This document shows, piece after piece, positions 9,030 to 17,140 of a DNA stretch of 64,000 nucleotides. The notes below the pieces were generated by a model. That model did not search any database. It worked only from the letters and a program-made list of their open reading frames with translations, and had not been told where the DNA came from. Position 1 is the stretch's first letter, and each line of letters begins with the position of its first letter. Source of the DNA: an uncultured Actinomycetota bacterium (GTDB lineage: Bacteria; Actinomycetota; Geothermincolia; Geothermincolales; RBG-13-55-18). The DNA is taken from NCBI GenBank assembly GCA_964462595.1, contig CAYWXM010000060.1, positions 9,029 through 73,028 of the forward strand. Direction: 5' to 3'. Position numbers and translations under genes: made by a program.

Positions 9030-10322
9030 CTAGCTTCCTTCGGCGCGCTGGGGTATGGGGGGGCAGACGCTGAGAACGCGTGGCCGGTACTCGTAATCCT
9101 TAGTCGAGCGTTTGTAGACGTCTATGGTGTGACGCGCTATGCGCTCCCAGTTGTATTCCTCCCCGATAAACTTCTGGGCGTCGCTGGTCAAACGCTGTGC
9201 CAGCCCCTCGTCTCGCAGCACGCGGATCATGGCCGCAGCCAGCGATTCGGGATTCCCGGGCTTGAAACAAAGCCCCGTCTCCTCGTGCACCACGATCTCC
9301 TTCAGGCCCCCGGTGTCCGCCACGATGACCGGGCATCCCGCCACCATGGCCTCCAGCACCACCATGCCGAACGGCTCGTATATGCTGGGCACAACGGTGA
9401 TATCGGCGCATTTATAGAACATGGCCAGCTTACTCGCATCCACGAAGCCGAGAAGCTTGATCTTCTCCCCCAGGCCCAACTCGCCGATCATTACCTGCAA
9501 GGCCCTGACATGCGGGCCGGTGCCCGCGACCAGGAAGCGCAAGTCGGGAAACTCCTGCAGGACCCTGGGCATGGCCTCTATAACCGTCTGCACCCCTTTT
9601 TCGTATACCAGGCGACCCACGAAGAAGATCATGTGCGTATCCGGTTCGACGAACTGCTTGCGCAATCTTTCCGTGTCCGCGCCTCCGTGGAAGAGCTCGT
9701 ACTCGATGCCGTTGGGGATGACCGTGACCTTGTCCTCCGGCAGCTCGAATATGCGCGTCACCTCGTCCTTCATATAATTGCTGCAGGTTATGGTGCGCAC
9801 GCTTTCGAAGGTCAGCCACCACTCGACCTGGTGGATAATGCGAGACATGCCCTCGGGTATATGGCCCTGGTGGCGCCCATATTCGGTAGCGTGGATGGTG
9901 GCCACGAGAGGGATGCGGTAGGCGTGCTTGAGGGCGATAGCCGCATGCGCCACCAGCCAGTCATGGGCGTGAAGCACGTGGACCTTGCCGATCCTCTCGT
10001 TGATGATGGGGATAGCCCGCTCCAGCAGGGCCACGTTGAACTGCAGCGTCCAGGGGACCCACTCGTCCTGGGGTATCTCCGGCGGATAGAGGGGGACGCG
10101 GTGAATCTGCACGCCCTCCGCGACCTCATAATCAGGCGCTTCTGGTGCGTCCTTCGTTATCACGTGCGCGTTGATACCCATGCGGGCCAGGTTCACGGCA
10201 AGCTGGTGCACGTGCGTTCCCAGTCCGCCGATTATCCTGGGAGGGTACTCCCAGGAGAGGATAACGACGTTCATCATATACACCGTTTTCACGCGACGCG
10301 GCGACATCGCAGGTCGCCGCAA
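9030..10322 (-). CDS. GT4 family glycosyltransferase (alpha-glucosyltransferase, Rv3032/GlgA-like)
   Basis: N-term ...EYPPRIIGGLGTHVHQLA..., C-terminal GT4 E-x7-E region (EPFGMVVLEAMVAGCPVI). Confidence 0.8.
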   Translation of the reverse strand: MRRPAMSPRRVKTVYMMNVVILSWEYPPRIIGGLGTHVHQLAVNLARMGINAHVITKDAPEAPDYEVAEGVQIHRVPLYPPEIPQDEWVPWTLQFNVALLERAIPIINERIGKVHVLHAHDWLVAHAAIALKHAYRIPLVATIHATEYGRHQGHIPEGMSRIIHQVEWWLTFESVRTITCSNYMKDEVTRIFELPEDKVTVIPNGIEYELFHGGADTERLRKQFVEPDTHMIFFVGRLVYEKGVQTVIEAMPRVLQEFPDLRFLVAGTGPHVRALQVMIGELGLGEKIKLLGFVDASKLAMFYKCADITVVPSIYEPFGMVVLEAMVAGCPVIVADTGGLKEIVVHEETGLCFKPGNPESLAAAMIRVLRDEGLAQRLTSDAQKFIGEEYNWERIARHTIDVYKRSTKDYEYRPRVLSVCPPIPQRAEGS

Positions 10323-10435
10323 CTCCGATTAGACTCCGTTTAGAAAGAATACCCTAAAGGTCAACACAAGCAGAGATATTGTATAAAAATGGCCTCGATA
10401 TGGCAATATTTGCGGCCCAAGCCCGGTCTCCGTGA

Positions 10436-10574
10436 ACGTACGTATACGTGCCGGGCCGGAGACGAGCTCCGTGAAGCTCCTTGAAAAACCAAGCGCGTCC
10501 CTGAACTTGTCCCGGCGCAGGCACCGCCGCGCCGCCCTCCGGGCGCCGCCGCCGCTTTCGCGATGCAAGACACG
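10436..10574 (+). repeat. copy D of intergenic repeat family (between GH57 and GT4 genes)
   Basis: ACGTATACGTGCCGGGCC ... GGCGCAGGCACCGCCGCG ... GCCC-TCC-GGGC hairpin ... TTTCGCGATGCAAGACAC. Confidence 0.55.
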
Positions 10575-10732
10575 GGGGTATGCGCTCAGACGGGGTCGCC
10601 TCAGGCAGGCCCCCGGATCCCGGGAAGGGTTCTCTGTACAGACGCCGCTCGGACGTTTTCTGACATTCGCTACGTTGGATATGCCCGGACGTGGAGGGAA
10701 TGCAGGTTCGATTCAGCCGGATCGAACAGCGG

Positions 10733-12262
10733 CTATTTCCAATAGTCAAGGGTAAGCCAGGAAAAGAGGTTGTCGGTGTCCTCGAGCTCGCGGAGGCGGT
10801 CTTCCTCGATGTTCCCACGGTCCAGCATGCCCGTTACGTCGTTGAACCTGGCATAGTGTGATTCGAAGCGGTCGCGGGCATAACCGAAGGCGGTATCACG
10901 GGTGATCATGAAGGTCCAGTCGCTGGACTCCATGAGCAGCAGCTCGCGTGCCGCCTGCAATAATGCGCGTTCCCGCTCGTTGTCCCCGGCGGTAAAGCCT
11001 GAGGCAAGGCGCTCAAACTCCTCTTCGGCCCCGTGCGTCCGCTCCCATATATCCTCGGTGGCCTGGTTTACCCAGGTGGAGAAGGTCCCATCGACGTTCC
11101 AGGCGGTCATGCGGGGGGAGATGACCGGGAGCCCCAGGGACTGGATCCTCGCGGCAATACGGCCAGGAAGCTCGGTCTCCTCGCCGAGAAGGCTCAAGAC
11201 CTCGCGTAGCCATTGCGGCCCCTCCTTCCACCAGTGCCCGATGAGTTCCGTGTCGTAGGCGGCAAGCAGCACCGGGGCTATCCCCTCCGCAGGCTCTGAG
11301 ACCTCTTGGCCCCGCCGGAAGAGCGCGGTGGCGTAATCGCGTGCGTCCTCTTTCGCCAGTTCCTCGGCCTTTTCGGGTTGATAGACGTCCTTTGCGTCCA
11401 GGGGCGTGTCCTGGGAGGTGATCCTCCAGTACTGGAAGCCCCATCCCTCGTAGTCCCGCTTGGCGAACTCGCGGTATTGACCTCCACAAGGATAGCCCTG
11501 CATGGTCCATACCAGGTCATGTGCGGTCTTGTCGCGCCGCAGCGCCATCAGGGGGGTATCGCCCAGCCGGCGCGGTTCCCAGGTACGGGTATCCGCGTCC
11601 GTTCCATCTTCCGCCGTGAAGTCGAGCACGGCGTACGAGAGAGGGGGCGAGAACTCTTCGAGCACCCCGTCGAGCTCGGGCGTATACGAACATTCCGGGA
11701 GCCAGATGCCCTGCGGATCGCGGCTGAAACAACGCCGGTAGCTTTCCAGCCCGATCTCTATCTGGGCGCTCCTGCTGAGATCGGAGCCCAGCGAGGGCAG
11801 GTGAGCGTGGGTGGCCGCGCTGGCCAGCACCTCCACCACTCCCGCATCCATGCCCTCCTCCAGGACCTCCATCATCCTGCCCCGGAAACGCTGCTCGAAA
11901 TCCCGCAGCAGGCCGCGGTACTGGTCTGCGAAAAAAGAGGCCAGGCGGCGCCGGGGCTCGTCGCCCATACCCTCGAGGCGCTCCATCTCCTTCAGGGTGT
12001 GCCCGATCTTGTTCCTCAAGTACCAATCCAGCCGTTCCTCCATGTAGCCGTCCTGGAGCTGTTCCGCCAGCACAGGGGTCATGGTGAGCGCCAGTTTCGC
12101 CTTGACCGCCCCGCTGGAGAGGTCCGCGATCAACCTCCAGATGGGAAGGTAACTCTCGGCCCAGGCCTCCAGGAGCCATTCCTCCCCAACGGGCCAGTCG
12201 CCGTTGCGGCGTACGTAGGGCATGTGGGTATGCAGGAGGATGACGATGCCTGCGCGGGACAT
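10733..12262 (-). CDS. GH57 family alpha-glucan-active enzyme (branching-enzyme-like, Rv3031-like); track ORF extends to 12553 but the first 97 aa are low-complexity, true start ATG at 12262
   Basis: N-term MSRAGIVILLHTHMPYVRRNG and E...W catalytic region typical of GH57; start immediately follows stop of upstream methyltransferase. Confidence 0.8.
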   Translation of the reverse strand: MSRAGIVILLHTHMPYVRRNGDWPVGEEWLLEAWAESYLPIWRLIADLSSGAVKAKLALTMTPVLAEQLQDGYMEERLDWYLRNKIGHTLKEMERLEGMGDEPRRRLASFFADQYRGLLRDFEQRFRGRMMEVLEEGMDAGVVEVLASAATHAHLPSLGSDLSRSAQIEIGLESYRRCFSRDPQGIWLPECSYTPELDGVLEEFSPPLSYAVLDFTAEDGTDADTRTWEPRRLGDTPLMALRRDKTAHDLVWTMQGYPCGGQYREFAKRDYEGWGFQYWRITSQDTPLDAKDVYQPEKAEELAKEDARDYATALFRRGQEVSEPAEGIAPVLLAAYDTELIGHWWKEGPQWLREVLSLLGEETELPGRIAARIQSLGLPVISPRMTAWNVDGTFSTWVNQATEDIWERTHGAEEEFERLASGFTAGDNERERALLQAARELLLMESSDWTFMITRDTAFGYARDRFESHYARFNDVTGMLDRGNIEEDRLRELEDTDNLFSWLTLDYWK

Positions 12263-12263
12263 G

Positions 12264-13073
12264 TCAGCTCTCCGCGGGTTCCTCGGCGGCGGGAGGTTTG
12301 ACGCCGATGCCGATAAAGTCGATGGCGCCCTCGAGGCCGGAAGCGCCGAGGCGGAAGTCGCGCGTGGTGATGGAGGGGATGAAGAACGGGCGGTAAAGAA
12401 GACGCTCCAGCCGGGGCGGGATATCCAGGCAGAACTGCGAGAAGTTACGCCTGGACAGGGCGTCGTGCAGGCGCAGCCTGCGGGCGTGAAAGACCCCCAG
12501 CACGTCCACGCGGGGAAAGAACCCGCGCATGAAATCCAGGAACTGGCGCGCATCGTATTCTGTGATATGGAAAGGGTTTATCGGCTCGTCGCGGCCGGGG
12601 GAGATGATCAGGCGGTTGGGGGTGGTGATGACACACATGCCTCCCGGCGCAAGCACCCGCCGCGCCTCGCGCATGAAAAGCTCCGGCTCGTGCAGGTGTT
12701 CCAGCACCTGGAGGGAGCAGACGAGGTCGAAGGACGCGTCCTCGATCCCGAGGTCGTAGAGGTTCGAGTAGAGGAAGCCGAGGTTGGGCCTGCTGTAGGT
12801 CTTGCGTGCATGGTAGATGGCCTCGGGCGCCAGGTCCACGCCAACCGCGAGGGCGGCGCGGGTGGCCAGCAGGTCGATGCCGTAACCCTCCCCGCTGCCC
12901 AGGTCCACCACCCTCTTGCCCCGCGCGAACTCCAGCAGGTATTCGTAGGCGACCAGGTGCCTCTGGAACCAGTAGTTCTCCTCCCGTATCCCGGGCAGGG
13001 TCCTTTCCCCGGTAAGCATGAGGTCGGGATATGAATCCTGGGGCAGGTCGGTGGTATCGATATTTTTTCTCAC
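12264..13073 (-). CDS. class I SAM-dependent methyltransferase (Rv3030-like)
   Basis: VVDLGSGEGYG motif I, DLVCSLQVLEHL, LAPGGMCVITTPN. Confidence 0.75.
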   Translation of the reverse strand: MRKNIDTTDLPQDSYPDLMLTGERTLPGIREENYWFQRHLVAYEYLLEFARGKRVVDLGSGEGYGIDLLATRAALAVGVDLAPEAIYHARKTYSRPNLGFLYSNLYDLGIEDASFDLVCSLQVLEHLHEPELFMREARRVLAPGGMCVITTPNRLIISPGRDEPINPFHITEYDARQFLDFMRGFFPRVDVLGVFHARRLRLHDALSRRNFSQFCLDIPPRLERLLYRPFFIPSITTRDFRLGASGLEGAIDFIGIGVKPPAAEEPAES

Positions 13074-13086
13074 AGGTCACCCCGTC

Positions 13087-13251
13087 TCAGAAGATGGTGG
13101 GCATGGGCATGGAAAGCCAGGCCAGGCTGGAGGCTATGACCACCGCCCCCACGGTTAAGAGATAGAAATTGGACAGCCCCCATCCCAGACCCACCAGGAT
13201 GAGGCCCAGGAGACATGCGCTGGCCGTGTAGTAAAGGCGGTTTCTCTTCAT
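13087..13251 (-). CDS. small (54 aa) hydrophobic membrane protein, hypothetical; below the 60-aa track cutoff
   Basis: ATG overlaps stop of isochorismatase gene (ATGA); translation MKRNRLYYTASACLLGLILVGLGWGLSNFYLLTVGAVVIASSLAWLSMPMPTIF has two predicted TM helices; ends 13 nt before methyltransferase start. Confidence 0.35.
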   Translation of the reverse strand: MKRNRLYYTASACLLGLILVGLGWGLSNFYLLTVGAVVIASSLAWLSMPMPTIF

Positions 13252-13805
13252 TTCACCAGATCGAGTACCTGTTTGAACTCCGCGCCGTCAGCGCGGCAGG
13301 TCACCTCGTAGATAAGGGCTTCCGAGGTGGTGACCACGGCGCCTTCGCCGCGCATCCTCACCAGGGCGGTCTCGTGGTCCTCGGGTTTGCGCGTGCCGGT
13401 GCCGTCCGCGACCACCTGCACGCGGTAGTCGAGATGCAGGGCGTCGTGCACCGTCTGGCAGACGCAGATATGGGTCTCTATCCCGGTCACCAGGAGCCGT
13501 TTCCTCCCGGTTGCGGCAAGCGCCTCCTCGAACTCGGGCACGCCGAAGCAGCTGAAGACACGCTTGGTCACCGGCCTGTATTCCGAAAGGGCCTTTTTGA
13601 CCTCGTCCACGCTATAGCCGAGGCCTTGGGGGTAATGCTCGGTGAGCACCACCGGGATGGAGAAGATGTCGGCGAGTCTCAGCAATCTGGTGATGCTGGC
13701 CACCACCGACTCGCGGTTGTGGATCATGTTCACCAGCTTTTCCTGAGGGTCGATGACCACCAGTATGCTGTCGTCGGCGTTAGCCAGGGCCGGATGCCTT
13801 TTCAT
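13248..13805 (-). CDS. isochorismatase-family cysteine hydrolase
   Basis: ILVVIDPQ...(D), conserved K, catalytic Cys in GIETHICV; AAGGA RBS 6 nt before ATG at 13805. Confidence 0.75.
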   Translation of the reverse strand: MKRHPALANADDSILVVIDPQEKLVNMIHNRESVVASITRLLRLADIFSIPVVLTEHYPQGLGYSVDEVKKALSEYRPVTKRVFSCFGVPEFEEALAATGRKRLLVTGIETHICVCQTVHDALHLDYRVQVVADGTGTRKPEDHETALVRMRGEGAVVTTSEALIYEVTCRADGAEFKQVLDLVK

Positions 13806-13822
13806 GACCGTCCTTTCTTGCC

Positions 13823-15142
13823 TCAATCCTCCTCTTCCTCCTCGGTTATCTCCTCCAGGTAATCATCCACCAGGCCGGAGACGTGGATGGCGGAGTTGAA
13901 GGCGGCGTCTCCACCCGTTCCCTCCGCGCTGGTGGTATCGCCGCAGAGGAAGAAATTGTCCAGTGAAGGGATGGTGAAACCGGGCCGGTCTTCGCGCGTC
14001 TGGCCGGGGCGGGGCAGAAAGCCGTCCACCATGGAGAGGCGCATGGTGCGCTCCCAGTCCACGCTCTTCCAGATGCCCGGGAACATCTCCTCGAGCAATG
14101 CGCGCAGGTTCTTTTCCTCGCGCTCCATCTTATCCGCGTTCTTGATCCAGGGAAGCGGCAGCGGGTAGTACCAGGAAAAAAGCTGCCTGCCCTGTGGCGC
14201 CATTTGCGGGTCGATGTTCGACGTGAACTGCCCCATGCTCAGGGGTTCTGACGTCACCAGCAGGCCGCTCTTGTCCGTAACCGGCTCCTTGAGCCCGACA
14301 TCCAGGGAGATGCCGGCCGTCGGGACCAGCTCCCGCGCTTTTTTCACGAACTTGATGGGCAGGTCTTTGCCCCCGAACAGGTCGGGCAGGTTCTGGACCG
14401 GTATCGCGCTGATAACCGCGTAGGCGGAATAGGTATTGGTCTCCGTCTTTACCTGGTTCACCAGGCCTTTTTTGAGCATAAGCCGCGTTACCTTGCTGCC
14501 CGTAACGATCTGGCCGTTCTTTTCCACTTCCTCCCGCAGGCCCTCGATGATGCTGGGGGTGCCCCCTTTCGGGTAGCCGACCTTGACCTTAGAGCGCAGC
14601 GCCGCCTTTAAATAGGCGGCGAGTTCGCCGGCGGAAGAATAACGGGGCTCGGGGGCGATTATGCCTATACCCGAGATAACGCGCAGGATCTCGAGCGTCT
14701 CCTGCGACTTGCATCCGCTGGTCATGTCCTCGAGGGAGAGCTGGTACTTCTTGGCCGGATTGCCCATGACCAGCTTGGCCAGGTAGCGTGCCGCGCTGAG
14801 TTTCGCCGCCAGGGGCAGCATGGGGGACTTGAAGATCTTACCTATGCTGTTCGGCAGCGGCTGGAACTCGCCTTCGCGCCATAGTTCCGGTTCACCTGGG
14901 GTGATGAACTCCAGCTCGCGTCCCAGGCGGCGGAAAACGGCGGCCGCGGCGCCGTCGGAAGCGGATCGGTTGGCATGCAAGCCGTATTCAACGGTATAAC
15001 CGTCTTTCTCCATGTAGCTTGCCCTGCCGCCCAGCGACTTGGACTTCTCCAGCAGCAACACGTCGTATCCCTTGTGGGCGAGGAGGGCACCGGCAGACAG
15101 GCCGGCGTATCCTCCCCCAATGACGATGACGTCGTAATCCAT
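13823..15142 (-). CDS. FAD/NAD(P)-binding oxidoreductase, phytoene-desaturase/amine-oxidase superfamily; track ORF N-terminal 49 aa (Gly/Arg-rich) rejected
   Basis: Rossmann motif DYDVIVIGGGYAGLSAGALLAHKGYDVLLLEK...GGR right after Met at 15142. Confidence 0.75.
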   Translation of the reverse strand: MDYDVIVIGGGYAGLSAGALLAHKGYDVLLLEKSKSLGGRASYMEKDGYTVEYGLHANRSASDGAAAAVFRRLGRELEFITPGEPELWREGEFQPLPNSIGKIFKSPMLPLAAKLSAARYLAKLVMGNPAKKYQLSLEDMTSGCKSQETLEILRVISGIGIIAPEPRYSSAGELAAYLKAALRSKVKVGYPKGGTPSIIEGLREEVEKNGQIVTGSKVTRLMLKKGLVNQVKTETNTYSAYAVISAIPVQNLPDLFGGKDLPIKFVKKARELVPTAGISLDVGLKEPVTDKSGLLVTSEPLSMGQFTSNIDPQMAPQGRQLFSWYYPLPLPWIKNADKMEREEKNLRALLEEMFPGIWKSVDWERTMRLSMVDGFLPRPGQTREDRPGFTIPSLDNFFLCGDTTSAEGTGGDAAFNSAIHVSGLVDDYLEEITEEEEED

Positions 15143-15567
15143 GTGATTCCCCTTTTCCTCGATCAGCGGCTGCGAATCGATATCTCCACCACGGCCTCCA
15201 CCGCGGCCTCCACCACGGCACGAGCCGTCGCAGGTTTTTGTACGAAGTTTATTAAACCATAAAAACCGCCTCGTGGTTGAAGAGGGCATGCGGTGAAGAG
15301 GAAAGATGAAAGAAGCGCAAGCGAAGCATCGCCCGGGTGAACCCGGTAACGTTTACCCCGTGCGGGCCGGCTTGCGTGTGAGCGGGCAGCGAGCAAGCCT
15401 GGTCTAAGGTGCGGAAGGCTCCCGTCACCACCTCCCTTTATGGCCTTAAGGGGGTGAAGATCGGTCCCGAATGACGCGCCCCCCTGCCTTTCCCATATGG
15501 CGTTCGGGCTGCGCCTTGCCTTAAGATATTGGCGTTGGATAAAGGCGGATCGCGGGGGGGGTGGCAT

Positions 15568-16212
15568 GTGAACACGGAACGGGTCGGTTTTTACGCCGCA
15601 TGTGTGGAGCAGATAAGGCTGGAGGGCATACTGGATGCGCCGGAGGGGGTGGAACGTCCCCCGGCATGCATCCTCTGCCATCCTCATCCCGTAGGCGGCG
15701 GGTCCATGTATGTGCCCCTGATAGAGACTATAGCCCGTGTCCTTGTCTCGCGCGGGTGGGCATGCCTGCGCTTTAATTTCCGTGGTGTGGGGTTGAGCAG
15801 TGGCGTAAGCACCGGAGGCCTGTGCGAGGTCGAGGACGTCGAGGGAGCCTATCAGTTCCTGGCGGACAGGAGCGATATCGATGACAACGATGTGTACCTG
15901 GTGGGCTGGTCTTTTGGTGCGTGGATAGGGCTCAGGTGGGCGGTCGAGAGCGGTCGCTCCCGCAGGGTGGCCCTGGTAAGCCCGCCCATGGTGGGGTTCG
16001 ACTTTTTCTTCTTCCTCGATGCCCATCGGGTCTACCTGCCCGAGGATTCGCTTATCGTCAGCGGTGAGCGCGACCAGTTCAACGACCCGGAAAAACTAGG
16101 CGAGCTTTCCTCGCGCCTGGGTGCTGAGCTGCGCATCGTCGAGGGCGCAGACCATTTTCTCTTCGGCTACGAGCAGGAGATCGCCGAGATAATAGCCGGG
16201 CACTGGGAATAG
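15568..16212 (+). CDS. alpha/beta-fold hydrolase (dienelactone-hydrolase-like); GTG start at 15568 preferred over TTG 15529
   Basis: CHPHPVGGGSM, LRFNFRGVG, nucleophile elbow GWSFGAW, C-terminal DH motif (GADHFLFG); poly-G RBS before GTG. Confidence 0.6.
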   Translation: MNTERVGFYAACVEQIRLEGILDAPEGVERPPACILCHPHPVGGGSMYVPLIETIARVLVSRGWACLRFNFRGVGLSSGVSTGGLCEVEDVEGAYQFLADRSDIDDNDVYLVGWSFGAWIGLRWAVESGRSRRVALVSPPMVGFDFFFFLDAHRVYLPEDSLIVSGERDQFNDPEKLGELSSRLGAELRIVEGADHFLFGYEQEIAEIIAGHWE

Positions 16213-16261
16213 ACCCACCGTCTGCCCACCGCCGCTCTTCCCATAACCCGAAAGTCTGCGA

Positions 16262-16324
16262 CATCCCGCTCGCTGCGTTCCCCGCAGGGTGGGGCCAGGT
16301 CTCGAGCGGAATCGCAAACCACAT
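16262..16324 (+). repeat. partial/degenerate copy C of intergenic repeat family (3' module only)
   Basis: GAGCGGAATCGCAAACCACAT matches the 3' consensus of copies A and B. Confidence 0.35.
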
Positions 16325-16401
16325 CTTCCGGGGCCAACGTTTCATGCAGAGGACCTTGTGGGGATAATACAAGTGGATATAAAGAAGGGGGTGGTTTGGA
16401 T

Positions 16402-16678
16402 GGACAGGAAAGAACTCCTGACCAAGGTGCGCGACGAGGCGGAACTGCAGAGCCTGAAGCAGGCGGACGGCGCGGTGAGGGTTATAGTGAGCGTGCTCAA
16501 GACACTGCTCTCAGAGGAAGTTGCGCGAGAGGTGGAGGAGTCCCTCCCCGAGGACCTGCGCGAGGGATGGAGGCTGGTCGAGCCTTACCCCGCGGATATC
16601 CTCGAAAGGCAGGATATCTATTTCGAGGAGACAGGGGGCGAAGAGCCCGGGCAGATACCAACCATAACCAACGGGTGA
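16402..16678 (+). CDS. DUF2267 domain protein
   Basis: ~92 aa; LTKVRDEAEL...AVRVIVSVLKTLLSEE...LPEDL pattern; strong RBS AAGAAGGGGGTGG before ATG. Confidence 0.55.
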
Positions 16679-16922
16679 ACCTTCCGGCATGGACCTTACC
16701 CTCCGCTCGATCGCGACTCCGGACGCGGGGGCAGGCGGGGCAAGCGGGAAGAGATGGCGGCGAACCGGACCGGTTATGGATGGAGCGTTAAGAGGGGAAT
16801 AAGCCGCTCGCCGGAGTTTCGCTATCGGTTTAGCCTTTCACCCACGGGCGGAGCCGACGCGGTGCAAAGCAAAACAACGCCTTTACCAGCAAAAACTTAG
16901 CCCCCCAGGGCGCTTTTTTTAT

Positions 16923-16951
16923 TTGCAATAAGAAGGGGTTATGGATATAAT
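16923..16951 (+). promoter_or_regulatory. sigma-70-like promoter (TTGCAA – 17 nt – TATAAT) upstream of fhs
   Basis: Near-consensus -35/-10 hexamers with 17-nt spacer in an AT-rich island within GC-rich DNA; would give ~175-nt 5' leader. Confidence 0.45.
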
Positions 16952-17140
16952 ACTTTGGGTTCACCGCAGGGCTAACAAAGTGCCTGCCGATAAAGATCGG
17001 ACTTCACCGGGGACTTAGGAACCTTCGCGAGGAGGCCATGGCCATCGGTTTAATATACGTTATAACCGGCCGAGAAAGCCGAAAAATTGCAGGCGGTATG
17101 ATCGTTCGAGAGCGCTTTGTAAGAGGAAAGGAGTTGCAGC

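Noticed and set aside
10700-10730. tRNA-like T-loop sequence GGTTCGATTC next to GH57 stop
   Set aside because: Forms a simple hairpin only; no acceptor/anticodon arms, so not a tRNA gene.
12263-12553. N-terminal 97-aa extension of GH57 ORF in the track
   Set aside because: Low-complexity Ser/Pro/Ala-rich, overlaps the upstream methyltransferase coding region; canonical GH57 N-terminus begins at ATG 12262.
15143-15289. N-terminal 49-aa extension of FAD-oxidoreductase ORF
   Set aside because: Gly/Arg-rich; Rossmann GxGxxG begins 4 residues after Met at 15142.
16950-17100. Confident call of a ZTP riboswitch upstream of fhs
   Set aside because: Only partial resemblance (CACCGGGGA; CCGGCCG) and the conserved 3' CCGCCUGGGCA pseudoknot strand is not evident; kept only as a candidate.
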